Under the pieces are notes generated by a model, which saw only the letters and a program-made list of their open reading frames with translations, did not search any database and had not been told where the DNA came from. From NCBI RefSeq assembly GCF_963921235.1, contig NC_086108.1, positions 55,678,001-55,742,000 of the forward strand: a stretch of DNA of 64,000 nucleotides. Direction: 5' to 3'. Made by a program: the position numbers and the translations under genes. Source of the DNA: Mobula hypostoma. Lineage: Eukaryota. Positions 25,401-39,063 of this stretch are shown one piece after another (the stretch's first letter is position 1; each line of letters opens with the position of its first letter).

Positions 25401-25560
25401 ACTCCCTTTGCCTACTAACCTGTCTTTCCAATACACCATATATCCTTGGACATTCAGCTCCCAATGGCAGCAAAACTTTAACCAAGTTTCAGAGATGGCC
25501 ACAACGTCATACTTGCCAATCTGTAGCTGAATTTCAAGCTCATCCATTTGCCTTTTCATC
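22455..25560 (-). mobile_element. CR1 LINE (APE endonuclease + RT remnants)
   Basis: YDVVAISETWL, VVYRPPNS, GDFN, RPVSLTSVVGK, SGVPQGSVLG and LVRPHLEYCVQFW motifs; reversed tail aagaccataaga. Confidence 0.92.
23745..24423 (+). mobile_element. Rex1/Babar LINE 3' end nested in CR1
   Basis: CTVESILTGCITVWYG motif; tail ataaacctgattctgattctgat. Confidence 0.88.
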
Positions 25561-26809
25561 AGACACTGTTTGACTTTCAGATGGTTTCCAGCATTTTCTT
25601 TTTTTTTGTTTAGCGGTTCTTTGCTGTAGTGGTCCAGCATTTGGCTTGGGGGCAGGGAGGTGCAGAGAGAAAGGGAGTTTGGATAACTTTCAGACTTCAA
25701 AAGATCAAAATCAAGAATTTACTGATTGTATGCCGAGAGATTGTCATGATTATCATCCTCGAGCAAGGGTAATGAACCTTTTCAAAAATTCTTATTACCA
25801 CATTTAATTGCATCTGTGAAAACATATCTGCATCTAATTACTAAAATTTAGCCCTAATATTTACATGATTACCACTGATTTCTGAGAGCTCAGAAGACCG
25901 AATAGAAAATAAGGCCAAGTTTAATTTCTTCTGTGGCCAGCGCATTTCATCAACCTAATGAGACCTTAAAAATGTAAGATTAGGATCAGATTAGGATTAG
26001 GTTTGAATTTGATGAAGTGATATTGACTATTTCCCTCCACTGATACTACTTCACTTGCTGAACTCGTCCAGCTTTTGTGTTTGTTGCTCAAGTTTTCCAC
26101 AATCTGTAGAATCCTTTGAGTCTAGAATTAGGATCTGAATGTCTTTGTGAACTCATCAAAAGGGCAGATCATTACCCTCCATGGTGGAGATGATGTAGTG
26201 CAGTAGAATCAGCACCTTTTTAGGGGTGTGCATAGAAGGGATGTCACAAGAAGCATCATCAATGTCACAGGATTTGCAGGCAGAGCTTCAGCTTTCTTGG
26301 AGGAGCAGTCCTTCAGCCACATGACACTGCCATGAGCGGACCCACTGTTCATTGACCTTGATAGACATGTACTTCCTCTGGTTGTGACAGTAACCATGCC
26401 CATCTCATCTTTTAAAAGCTTGCAGTCATGGCCAACAAAATACCCAGGATTGTCCAGCCAGTTATATTAAACATATACAGTAAAGCTATAAAGCGTTCTT
26501 AAGTGAGTTGATTACCATGGCTGAAGATTATTTGAACTTACTATGATATCAATACCCAAAGTGAGGTGTGAGTCAATTCTCTTTAATAAGTAAGTCTAAC
26601 ACAATATGTTAGGAAGGCAAATCAACATTTATTTGAAATAAAATGAAGTAAATGCACAGCTATGAAAAAATAAACATCTCCAATGATTTCAAACATCCTC
26701 AAATGATAGTTTTATACCAGTTGTTAGAATCTAAACTCATCCTTTTCAGATGTGGTTACATAGAACTGATCTAAATGACTCAGTCAACAAAATTGACACA
26801 TCTTGATGT

Positions 26810-27078
26810 TGGGAAGGAGGATCAGAAGCCTGAAGGCACACACTCAGGAACAACTTCTTCCCCTCTGCCATCCAATTTCTAAATGAACATTGAACTCATA
26901 AACACTACCTCACTACTTTTTTTTTGAACAACTTATTTTACCTTAACTATTTAGTAGGCATATAGTATATATTCTTAATTCATTTTTTAATTTATATTTA
27001 TTTCATTGTACTGCTGCTGTAAAGTTACCAGATTCCAAGACATATGCCAGTGATATTAAACTTGATTCTGGCTCTGAT
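26810..27078 (+). mobile_element. Rex1/Babar 3' tail fragment
   Basis: aacttcttcccctctgccatc... ending attaaacttgattctggctctga; matches 24100-24423. Confidence 0.75.
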
Positions 27079-27619
27079 CGTATTCCTTAATGACAATGGC
27101 ACTTTACAAAGTTCCTGTTCCACCTAAACCAACAGTCTTGACTGACTTCTGACCAGAAAGTTCCACTGTACGCTACAGTCATAAGTTTTCTTGCAGAAGT
27201 GAAATCAAATTACATTACATTGGGGTCCTAGATCTATTTGAAAACCTATTTGATGATAGTTGTCTAATTCTCGTTAAAGTGCAACACATTCTCCATCATC
27301 CAAACCACAAGCTTGGACCACATTGGTAATAGAAACTGTTCTTCCTGTTTCTTCATGTCTCTTTATGTGCAGCTATTTGTTTTCCAAAATTAAGGCTCTT
27401 TTCACACCCCACACAATAGTTACGGCCCACGGAGGTCAGCATGTTAAACCCATGGCCACTTTAGGTGAGAGCTAGACCCACTCTATCAAGAGACAGTCTC
27501 ATCCCCTCACTCCTCAGACCCGCAAATTATTTTCCTACATATGAGATTTTGGATCCCTTTTGATTGCTGCCCTTTGAATCTTGAATACTACATCTAGAAG
27601 TATATCCAGACCTCAACCA

Positions 27620-28110
27620 CGCAGTTCCGCTAACTGCATTACAGGAAAGATGTGGAAGCTTTAGAAAGATGTAAAAGAGTTCACAAGGATGTAGTGTGGA
27701 TTAGGGAGTATCAATTATAAAGAGAGATGATTGTAATCTCTAGAGCATCAAAGGCTGAGGGAGAAACTGATTAAAGTACATTAAGTCATGATGGGTTGAT
27801 AACTAGTCTTTTGTTCCCGCTGTGGAAGTGTCAATTACTATAGGGAACTGTTTTAATGCAAGAGGAGTAAAATGTAAAGAGGATTTATAAAACAAGTTTT
27901 TGTTTGACACAGAGTGGTAGGTACCTGTGATGGAACCTGATATGACAGCAAACAGGTGTTTCGGTCCCATGAACTGAAAGAGAGTTGAAGGAACCGCACA
28001 TGGAGCAGGCAGATGTGCAGTGTGAAGTTGGCATCGTGGTCGGCATACATGTGAGGGGATGAAGGGCCTGTTCCTGCACTGTACTGCTTTCCTGTTCTAT
28101 GTTCTTATAG
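27620..28110 (+). mobile_element. Old CR1 3' fragment
   Basis: Resembles QFW..YRKDVEALE coding DNA, acagagtggtaggtacctg and the tail ttctatgttc. Confidence 0.65.
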
Positions 28111-28979
28111 ACGTGAGAAATATGAGAGCCTTCTGAATTCATCCTTCTCTTGGATCAATGCTACATAATACGACAACACTACTGCAGATCAGATTGGTGA
28201 ATTTGGCCATGTGCTGCAAGGGCTACAGTTCAGCCATCCTGATCACTGACTATTTGCATTAGTAGAGTGCTGCTGTAAATACAGTGAATATTGTTGGGTT
28301 ACATCATAGTTTGACGAAACATAGAGCCCTAAAGTAAAAATTGGTTGATGCTTTTGATATAAAAATCCCTAATTCTAACCGGCTTAATAAACTTGCTGGC
28401 TTTATCGTGCACAATATCCAAGCTAATCCCTTCAATCATGTTAATATTAGGGGTGATAAATTTAATGTGAAAGGCACCCAAAGCAAGAATTGTCAATAGT
28501 TGTATGTATGCAAGTGCATGACTGCCCTCTTTAGAGGTTTTGCAATGTAGCCAAGTGCTGCTTCCAGGTGTGAATGCTTAGCCATCTGGACCAAAAATGG
28601 GAAGTTCCCCTCTCTGCAAGTTGAGCAGTGAGTGTTGAGGCAACACAAAGTTACATACCGTTCCTGAGGCAAGTTTTCTCAGAGCGAAGCTGATTTTGAC
28701 TTCTGACTATGAAAGCAATGGAAACACATCTGTGATTAAGTTTTTCTATCCTGGGGAGGGGATACAGATGTAAGCGAGGGCTCTTTTGCAGAAAGATTGC
28801 TTATATAGTCATTACACCATCAGCAGTGTATATAAAGAGTGTTTTCCTGTGAAGTTTAAGTGGAGAGGTTTCATTCCTCATCCTTTAAATGTCCTTCTTA
28901 TAATTTCCACTCATTTCTGATCAGATGAATGTAGAACCATTTTTGTTCTTACAGGTTTCTAATGAATATGATTTAGGAG

Positions 28980-30830
28980 CACGAGCAGCTCACCCAACCC
29001 CTAGGTCTTCTCTGCCATCTAATGAGATCATGGCTGAACTAATAGTAACTTGAATTCTGTATTTCCATTTACCTGCAGTAACCTTTCTCCTCCCTACTTA
29101 TAAAGTATTTGACCACTTTTCCCTTAAAAAATTTTCAAAGACTTTCCTTCCCCCACCTTTAAGGAAAAGAGCTCCAAGTATACACAACTGAAAGAAAAAA
29201 ATAATTACATCTCCTTCTTAAGTGGATGATGCTTTATTTTTAAACAATTATCCCCAATCATAGATTTCTCCATAACAAGAAACATCCTGTCAGGACCTTT
29301 CAGGTCCCTTTATGGTCTATATTTTCCAGCCATTGCAGACCCTGCCTGCCCAACCCTTCCCAAATGAAGAACCACTCATTCCAGATATTAGAATCTCAGA
29401 ATAATTTCAAATCACTGGTATATCTCATGAAGTTTGCTGTTCTGCGATAGCTGTTCATTGCAATACATAGTAATTTTTAAAAACTGTAAATTACAAAAAT
29501 AAACGTATATAATAAGTTAGATAAATAATGCAAAAAGAGAGCAAAAAAAGAAAAATGAAGAAAAAATAGTGAGGTAGGGTACATGGGTTCATGGCTTATT
29601 CAGAAATCTGATGGCAGAGGGGAAGAAGCTGTCCTGAAACATTGAGTGTGTGACTTCAGGCTCCTGTACCTCCTCCTTGATGGTAGCAATGAAAAGATTT
29701 GTCGGGTAAAGCTTCTCTGAAGTACATCCACTGCAATAATTCCTGAAATAACCAGACCAGTCATTACAGATGTGATCTCAGCAAGGCTTTTTATAATTTT
29801 CATGCTTTTGTTATGTTGCCCTGGCAATTAAAAACAACATTTTTGCTAGTCTTCCCAATTAATTGATCTACCTATATACTAGTCTTTTGTGAATCATGCA
29901 TACTCCTAGATCCCACTATAAGTACCTGTAAAAATTCTGCAGTTCTTTACCATATAGATAAAATGATTTTTTAAAATTTTCCTGAAGCCACATTGCAACA
30001 CCTCTGTTCATCCACTTAATCCAGATTCCTTGTAGCCACCTTCAGTCAAACTCAGCATTTATTGTCATGTGCATATGTCCGTTTGCAGAGGTCTAGTGAA
30101 AAACTGGCCTGCAGCTCTATCACAGTCAAATAGCTTCATATGAATAGTATTCACAAGGGAAACATAAATTAAGCACTATTTTACAAGAAATGAATTGAAT
30201 TGAATCAAATTGAAATGAACACAATTAGAACTAAGTGGTCATGGTGTTGCTGTACTCTAGTGATTAAGTTGTGTTGGTTGGTTCAAGAACCATGTGTTGG
30301 GTGGAATTAGTTGTTCTTGAACCTGGTGGTGTAGGACTACAGGATTCTGTACAGCTTCTCTGCTAACTGTTTGTCAACTTATTTAGGTATTATTAGCAAA
30401 TTTAGCAAAACTATTACATTCTATGCCTTCATCTGAAATATTTATATTGATTGTGAAAGTTCAGACCCCAGCAATGATCCCCATACCCTGTCACTTATGA
30501 TAGCTTGCCAATCAGCAAAAGGTCTTCTTTTGGCTGCTGTCTGCTCTATTTCTCGCAATAACTTTTGATAAGGCTTCTTATCAAATAACTTCTGTTAATC
30601 TAAGTGTTGTAGATCCACCAGTTCCACTTTATGGGTAGCATGTATTTTTTCCCTCAAAGACACCAATATCTTGGCCAAAGCTGATTTCCCTTTGATAAAA
30701 CCATGTTAATTTTGCTTGATTACCATGAACATTTCCATATGTGCTGATTTATCTTTAATAATTGTGTTTAATATTTTCCCAGTGACAGAATTAAGCTAAT
30801 AACCTGAAGCTTCCTGTTGCCTGTCTCTCT
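28980..30830 (-). mobile_element. Old CR1 fragments with nested Rex tail (~29392-29700) and another LINE tail
   Basis: Reversed CR1 3' end; aaaccatgttaatttt (QHGF, minus) near 30700; Rex tail agaatctcagaat. Confidence 0.55.
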
Positions 30831-32339
30831 TCCTGTCTTCTGGCATTTGATGCGCTGTAACTGAAACCTTGAGTACATGCAGTGACTGGGCTCCAATTTT
30901 CAATCTGTTTGTCTTTTGTCAAGAGGTATTGTAACACTTTGTTACACCATGCAGGACAAATGTATGTAGTCCTTTAAATATTATTGCAATTTGAGTTTTC
31001 AGCATTAGTAAAAGCTTTCTGCACAACAGAACTCAAGTAGATTGAAAATGAGATCCCAATCACTAGACCCAGAAGTGGTTTCAGCCACCACCTTACTGTG
31101 AATGAACAGTCCTAATGCCAGAGCAGTAGAAAGTCCTGCCAAAGTAAATTGTGGACATAGCATGCAAATATTGACATCATTAGGTTCTCTGAATGCCAGG
31201 GTTCTTAGAGCACACTAAGTTTCACAACAAAACAAAATCCTTACTAATGAATTTAGGCATTTTGAATGTAGAAGGTTAAACAACGATGTCCTCATTTTAA
31301 TTAAATAAAAACTTGGAAGGAATCACCTGGTTAGCTAATCTTGTGAATAAAGTGTGTTGCTGTACTGTAGGGATCAGATATGTCTACCAGGGAATTATTG
31401 AGCAATTAAAAATCACTGTTACATGAACTGGATAAAGAGTGTTCTGGGGCGGGGGGAGTGGTATTGGAATAAGCTTCCAATTACAATCCCTTGTTACTCA
31501 GACTGGAAAGAATACATTTTTGGCAAGATTGGAAATAAGCATGGTTTTTTACAACCACCTGGGGTAGAACTGTCAAGGCTCCCGAATAAATTAAAATGTG
31601 GATGTGGAACTAAAAGTCTGCCAGTAAATTGAAAACTGTACTGTTGAAGTCAGAATTTTAATTGAATCCAGGGGTGTGTATAAGAATAAGTAATCCAGAC
31701 CTATCTTTTTCCCATGAAATAGTTAGCTTGAAGTCAAGCAGAATACAAATCAAAATACTAGAACATCCTGAGTCAAGACCCATTTCTTTTTGCAGAAAAG
31801 CATATTTGCTGTAGATAGCTACTAGAGGGCGTACTTCACCATATTGTGATGAATTTTTGAGGAACATACAAACAAAAGCGAGTGCTATTTCTAATATGTT
31901 TAATTGGATTAAAATTGGTTTAACCTGAGTTACTTTACCTACTATGTTTTAAAATAATTTACTTCTTTGATGTGAAACGTAATGAATATTTTGAAATTAG
32001 TGTCTAACCTAAAGGATCAATTGTCTCCTTATGTATCACAGCCCCTTGTGGAGGGTTTCCCTGTATTCTTTGTGAATCTCTATCACTTCATTGAAATAAG
32101 CGTGTAGGATTCTCAGTGTAGATTGGCCATATGCTCAGACTGGAATACGCTGCAGGTGTTTGTTAGTATAGCTGATGGAGCCAAAAACTGATGGTGAGGT
32201 GAGAGGCATCAAAATTTGCACCATTTTGTAGCAGTTGTCTTTAATATTTTCATTTTGCTACTGGGTTAAAAATGAGTTTAATAGCCCTAGGAGAGAGGAA
32301 AAGCACTCCTTTTATTGAGAAAAATCTGAATTGTGTTTC

Positions 32340-33390
32340 CTCATCCAGTAGCACGTACATCGACTTTGATGAAGTGCTTTGAGAGGTTGGTGATGAAACA
32401 TATCAACTCTTGCCTGAAGAGCAACTTGGATCCACTCCAGTTTACCTACTGTACTGTCACAATAAATCAACAGCAGATACCATTTGACTCAACCCTGGAG
32501 CACCTGTACAATGAAGATGCATACATCAGAATGCTCTTCGTTGACTACAACTTAACTTTCAACTCTATCATCCCATCAAAACTCATCATTAAGCACCAAG
32601 ATCGGGTCCTCGATACTTTCCTGTACAAATGGATCCTCAATTTCCTCATAGACAGACTCCAATCAAAACAGATTAGCAACAACATATCCTCTACATTCAC
32701 CATCAGCACAGGTGTACCACAGGGCTATGTGCTTCACTCCCCTGCTCGACTCGCTTAACATCTATGATTGTGTGACTAAACACAAGCCCGGTGCTGTATT
32801 TAAGTTTGCTGACAACACCACTGCTGTCTGCCAAACAAAAGCTGGTAACAAATTAACATATAGAAAAGAGATTGAAAATCTGATTGGTGCCGTAACACCA
32901 ACCTCTCACTCAATGTCAGCAAAACAAAAGAGCTGATTATTGACTACAGGAAGCAGAAGCAGAAGATCCATGAGCCAGTCTTCTTCAGGGAAACAGAGGT
33001 GGAGAGGGTCAGTAACTTTAATTTCCTTGACACTATCATATCAGAGGATCTGTCCTGGAATCAGCACGTATGTGCCATTACAAAGAAGGCATGAGAACAC
33101 CACTACTTTCTTCGAAGTTTGAGCAGATTTGAAATGTCTTCTATAGATGTACAGGGGGAAGTATCCTGACTCACTCAGTCTGGTATGGAAACACCGATGC
33201 CCAAGAATGGAAAAGCCTACAAAAAAGCGGTGGATGCTGCTCAATCCATCTACAAGAAGAGCTGCCACAAGAAGACAGTATTCATCGTCAAGGACCCACC
33301 ATCCAGGCCATGCTGTCTTCTCACTACTACCTTGGGCCTGAAGGTCAGGAGCCATAGGCCCACACCACCAGCTTCAGGAACTGTTATCAC
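32340..33390 (+). mobile_element. Rex1/Babar LINE RT fragment
   Basis: MKCFERLVM, DPLQF, RMLFVDY, TGVPQG and KFADNTT motifs. Confidence 0.88.
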
Positions 33391-33392
33391 CA

Positions 33393-35260
33393 GTTAGTAA
33401 TGATCTTTCAAGAATCACTAAATTCTGGAATAGTTCAGGAGGATTGGAAAATTGAAAGTGTCACTCTGTTCTTAAAGAAGGGAGGAGGCCAGTTAGCCTG
33501 ACATCAGCGGTTGGGAAGATGATGTTGGAGTCCGTTATTAAGGATAAGATTTTGGGGTATTTGGGGCATATGATATTATAGGTCAAAGTCAGCATGATTT
33601 CCTTAAGGGGAAGTCTTTCCTGACAAATCTTTTAGAAATCATTGAGGAAATAACAGGCAGGATAGATACAGGAGAGTCAGTGGATATTATTTACTTGGAT
33701 TTTCAGAAGGCCTTTGACAAGGTGCTGCACATGAAACTGATTAATGAGAGGCCATTACAGGTATTACAGGAAAGATACCATCATGGATAGTGGATTGGCT
33801 GACTGGCAGGAGTGGGAGTAAAGGAGGCCTGTTCTGGTTGGCTGCTGGTGATGGGGGTTGGGTGTTGGGACCACTTCTTTTCACGTTATATGTCTATGAT
33901 TTGGATGACAGAATTCATAGCTTTTTGACCATGGTTGTGGATGATACAAAGACAGGTAGTGTTAGGGAAGCAGAGAATCTGCGGAAGGACTTAGACAGAT
34001 TGGAAGAATGAGCTAAAGAAATGGCAGATGGAATATAGTATAGGGAAGTGTCTAGTCATGCACTGTGGTAGAAGGAACAAAGGCATTAAATAGTTGAAAG
34101 GAGAAAATTTAAAAATCTGAGCTGCAAATGGACTTGGGAGTCCTTCTGCAGGGTTTCCTAAAGGTTAACTTGCAGACTGAGTCGGTGGTAAGAAAAGCGA
34201 ATGCAATGTCGGCATTCATTTCAAAAGGATTAGAATATAATGCAAGGATGTAATGCTGAGGCTTTATAAAGTATTGGTCAGGCCGCACTTGGGAGTATTG
34301 TGAGAAGTTTTGGGCCCCTTAACAGTAAAAAGATGTGCTGCTGTTGGAGGGGGTCCTGAGGAGGTTCAAGAGAATGATTCCAGGAATGAAAGTGTTAATG
34401 TGTGAGGATCATTTGATGGCTCGGAGCCGGTACTCACTGCATTGGATGATGCCTGGTTAGCTCCATCATGGGCACTAGCCTCCGAAGCATCTAGGACGTC
34501 GTCAGAAAGGATGCATCCATCAGTAAGGTCCACCATCACCTAAGACACACCTTTTTCTCGTTGCTACTATCAGGAAGGAGGTACAGGAGCCTGAAGGCAG
34601 ACATTCAACGATTCAGGAACAGCATCTTCCCCTTGCCAGATTTCTGAATGGACATTGTACCCATGAACACTACCAACACTACCTCACTACTTTTTTTTTG
34701 CTCTACTTATTTAATTTAACTATTGTGTGTGTGTGTGTGTGTGTGTGTGTTTCACTGTAATTCACAGTTTTATTATGTATTGCTATGTATTGCTGCTGCA
34801 TAACAGAAAATTTCATGCCATACGCCAGTGGTATTAAACCTGATTCTGATTCCGAGCTTAGAAGACTGAGGAGGGAATCTCATTGAAACCTATTGAGTAT
34901 TGAAAAGCCTAGATAGAGTGGATGTGGAGAGGATGTTTCCTGTAGTGAGTGAGTCTAGAGCCAGAGGTTACAGCCTCAGAATAGAGGGATGTCCACTTAG
35001 AACAGAGGTGAGGAGGAATTTCTTTAGCCAGGGGGTAGTGAGTTTGTGGAACTCATTTCCAGGGACAGCTGTATAGGCCAATTCATCAACTTTATTTAAA
35101 GTGGAGGTTAATAGGTTCTTGATTAGTCAGGGAGTCAAAGGTTATAGGGAGAAAGCAGGAGAATGGGGCTGAGAGGAATAATAAATCAGCCATGATGGAA
35201 AACCAGATCAGACTCGATGGTCTGAATGGACTAATCTGGTCCTATATGGTCTTATGGTGA
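33393..35260 (+). mobile_element. Degenerate CR1 with nested Rex 3' end (~34450-34853, containing (TG)n)
   Basis: YLDFQKAFDKV and LVRPHL motifs; CR1 tail atggtcttatgg; Rex tail aaacctgattctgatt. Confidence 0.85.
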
Positions 35261-36590
35261 GTGAAGTGGAATGGATAAGGGCTCATTGGAGGATGTCACA
35301 TCAACTCATTTTGATCACGTCTGTTTTCTTATGTCTAGCTGAAGCAGGGTTACTTAGAGATGGTTGACTTCAGCAAAGGAGGTCACAGACAGCCTTGTTG
35401 GGTGATCTCAATTAGCTTGGCGCCTGCAAGATCCAGATTTGGACTGTGTCCTCTCAGCATGAACGAAGGCAATCTGTACTGACTGGCTGACAGGCAATAA
35501 CAAAGGATGGGCAAAATGGCAGGAGCGCAATCATAAATGCATTTAGTGCAATGTGAGCTTGGGTCCTTAATTTAGTTACATGTTGTGCCAGGAATATAAT
35601 GAATTACTAAGTGACACGAGCTGCTAAAACGTGCACTTTATTTACTCCACACTGCAGAAATGAATGTGCATCACGTAAATGTCACAGATTTAGATATAAT
35701 AAATTGCATTCACTTCTTTTTTTAAAAGGTGATTCACATGTTCAAACATACCTTATGATGTTACTTGAATCTCTCATAAAATATCTTGTGTCATTTCTTT
35801 CGCAATCTTCATTGGATCAACTTCCAGAAAACAATTTGATCACACAACTTTTAAATATTTCCTGGTACAGTACATCTCTCACAGAAGTTAAGTGATTTAC
35901 ATAGACACTTCTAATTTAGCCTCTCAGGTTAACAACTTTGTATGGCAGACTGCCACTCTCACTCCAGCTCCTCTTTGCAAAAGCCGTCTTTGGCAGGTGG
36001 TGTTTATATACAAACGGTATAAATTGTTTAAAATCTCTCTCTCCATGCCCTAAGTAATAATTTTGTTTCTGTAACAATTGGTTTTCTGCTGTTCTCTCAA
36101 ATTTAGCTGAACTGAGCCCAATGATTTCCTGAGTGTTCTACAACTGTGTAATGAAGGTGTGTGACCCATTGTAAAATGTAACATTGTTCTGTTATTCAGC
36201 AAAATGTTTGTTAAATATTGTCTTATTATTAAACTTAAACCTCTTGAGAATACTTGTTTCTTAACTTGACAATCCTCATTGATCTTGCTGCCATACTATT
36301 GGATAACTGGTGCATTTAATACCATTTTATTTTCAGAATGAGCTCATTAGAAAAAAATAAAACTGATTTTCATTATCAAAGACTAACTTTTTTTCCACAT
36401 CACAACATAGGAAAATGAATCTTGACTTTTTTTGATAGAACATTCTGTTGTAACAGTGGACCCATATGTATCATACTGATTCATTTCAAAAGACGAGTTA
36501 TTTGTTCGGAGCTATTAATATTCTTTGCACAGTAGTTACCTCCATCATCACTGGTCCAAAATCCTGGAACTCTCTCCCTAGCAGCGTTGT

Positions 36591-37050
36591 GGGTGGTTGC
36601 CAGTGGTGCAGCGCTAGCCGGAGCGCACTGGAGCGCGTCCGGCACCTCTTTAAGAAAAGAGCGAAATAAACAAGCTAATTAATTAGGTGCCGCCCAGGGT
36701 GATTTGAGTATCTCCGAAACTGCTGATCTCCTGGCATTTTTACGCACAACAGGCTCTGGAGTTTACAAAGAATAGTGCCAAAAACAAAAAAAATCCAGCG
36801 AGTGCCTGTTCTATGAGTGAAAACATCTTGTTAAATCCACTCGCTGGATTTTTTTTTGTTTTTGGCACCATTCTTTGTAAACTCCAGTCTGTTGTGCATA
36901 AAAATCCCAGGAGATCAGCAGTTTCTGAGATACTCAAATTATCTGGGTGGCACCTAATTAATTAGCTTGTTTATTTCGGCCTTTTTCTTAGAGCGGTGCC
37001 AGACGCATTCCAGTGTGCGCCGGCTAGCACTGCACCCCTGGCGGCTGCAC
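36591..37050. mobile_element. Foldback/MITE-like palindrome containing an inverted duplicated Tc1 transposase fragment
   Basis: ~210-bp arms (gccagtggtgcagcgctagccgg ... ccggctagcactgcacccctggc) with a ~35-nt loop; inner arms encode LSISETADLLG; inserted in a LINE 3' tail (~36535-37150). Confidence 0.85.
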
Positions 37051-37444
37051 ACCTCAAGGACTGCAGCTCACCCTCACCTGCTTCAGGACAATTAGGGGCG
37101 GTCAATTAAATACTGGCTCAGCCTGTGAAGCCCACATTCCCTGAATGGATATCCATATGTAAATATTCTTTGAAAAGGTTTCAGTGGCCTTTTGCGATCT
37201 TGTAAAATTATTTTCATTGCAGTGGCTCAGCTATTTTGTACACCTGTATACTAGCCCTACAAGATATTCTTTATCTAAAATTCTGGCAGTTACCTCAATG
37301 TTCTTGATGCCAGAATGTTTGATTTCTCGATGTATTTGATATGATAGTTCTGCAGCCCTGTTTTTCATAATCTCATACTGTTGGTCATAGAATGGTTTCA
37401 AGTCTTCATTTGTGTATTTGTGTGATGAAATGCATTTTAATGGA

Positions 37445-38060
37445 TTTATGGATTTGTACAGCATGGGAACAGGTCGTTTGTCCCAAATCATCTACGTCAC
37501 CCAAGATGTCTTTCCAAGTTAATCCTATTTGCCTGCATTTGGCCCATATCCCCAGACTTTTGCTATCCATGTACATGTCCACATGTTTATTTAATGTTAT
37601 AATTGCACCCATCTCTTCCATTTCCTCAGGCAACTCATTCCATATACCCACTGTTTGAAAAAGATGCCCCTCAGATCCCCTTTCCTGCATCCTCTGTATC
37701 TTGATCACATTATTTCTATAACTTGGTGATCAGAATTGCATACAATACTCCCAACAAAAATTTTGTACAACTGTACGGTGATGCCTTTTTTGTCATGGAC
37801 GATGAAGGGAAGCCTGTCATACCCTGTCTAACTGTGTTTTCATTTCAGGGAACCTTGTTCTTATACCCCTAGGTCTCCACTTGTCTGACTTAAATTCCAT
37901 CTGCCGTACCTTTTGCTTTAATTTCCCTGCTGATCAATATCCTCTTATAACCTTAGGTGACCTTCTCCACGATACCAGCAAATTTGGTGTCGTCTGCAAG
38001 CATACCAACCATACCAGCTACTACATTCTCATGCAAATCATTAATATATATGACTATCAG
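37445..38060 (-). mobile_element. Degenerate CR1 fragment
   Basis: VIYINDL..LADDTKF and VGIWNELPEE on the minus strand. Confidence 0.75.
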
Positions 38061-38061
38061 C

Positions 38062-38760
38062 AAGAAGAGCTCAGTTGTGTCTGCGAAGCAGGATGTTATA
38101 TGCTGCAGGGCTGTCTCTGTGTGGGCAACAAGGGCAGCATCATCTGCGAAGAGTAGCTCTCGGATGAGCTGCTCCAATGTCTGTGGGCAATACCTATCTA
38201 ACTGATACTTTAACAGAATTAACAAAGGATGGAGAAAGAAGGAAAAGTGGAAAAAAGAACAGCAGCAGAAGATACTTATGATTTATTGTCACAATATGAC
38301 TGGTTAAACATAGACCATGGAGAGAAAACGTAGTTGGAAATGCAATAATGAAAAATATAATGAAAAATGCCCAATATTGTGCTGTATGGCGAACTCTCCA
38401 CTGGCCACCGTGACAGAGGGGCACCAAAGAAGAGGTACAAGGTCACTGAAGAAATCCCTTGGTGCCTGTCACGTTGACCATTGCCAGTGGTCTAATCTAG
38501 CCTCCAATCACAAGGCCTGGCGACGCACCATTAACCAGTCTATCTCCTCCTTCGAGAACATATGCAGGGCTGGCATTGAGGACAAAAGGAGAAGGAGGAA
38601 GAACTGTGACACAGCAGCACCAAACCCAGAACAGAATTTCCCTTGCAGCTGCTGTGGCCGGACCTCCCTGGCCCGTATTGGCCTCTTCAGCCACCAGCGA
38701 GCCTGCAGCAGACGTGGGCAGCCCCCTTCTTAAATCTTGAAGCTAAGCCATGATGATGAT
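38062..38760. mobile_element. RTE-clade LINE fragments (RT piece on -, C-terminal zinc-finger piece on +)
   Basis: IRELLFADDAAL (minus, ~38062-38200); FPCSCCGRTSLARIGLFSHQRAC followed by a (GAT)n tail (plus, ~38370-38760). Confidence 0.8.
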
Positions 38761-38769
38761 CAGTTAGAT

Positions 38770-39063
38770 CGGTATTGCCTGCTATGCCACTCGCGTTTAG
38801 GCCAGTAATGAAGGCCTTCTTCATTGCTGTTTCCGTAACAATTTTGTTTTGACCAGTCAGGGTTGTCAGCTCTGAGCAGAACCTCCAAACCTGGAAAATC
38901 GGTGGACCCCTCTTAGTCTGGCCTCTACCTTTGACCTGCTTGGTATGGGTGACCCTACTATGAGTCAAAGTACAAGGCCCTGACTCCAGCCAACATAGTT
39001 CTCCAGGTCATTGAGCCATGCAAGCCTCCAAACCCTACGACAAGGTTGGGGTCCTCTTGGAGG
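38770..39063 (-). mobile_element. Bipartite RTE-derived element, second copy
   Basis: Reverse complement begins cctccaagaggaccccaaccttg..., as at 13028. Confidence 0.8.

Noticed and set aside
35300..35700. Possible conserved non-coding element or ancient SINE
   Set aside because: Looks non-repetitive, but I cannot support conservation or family identity without alignment.
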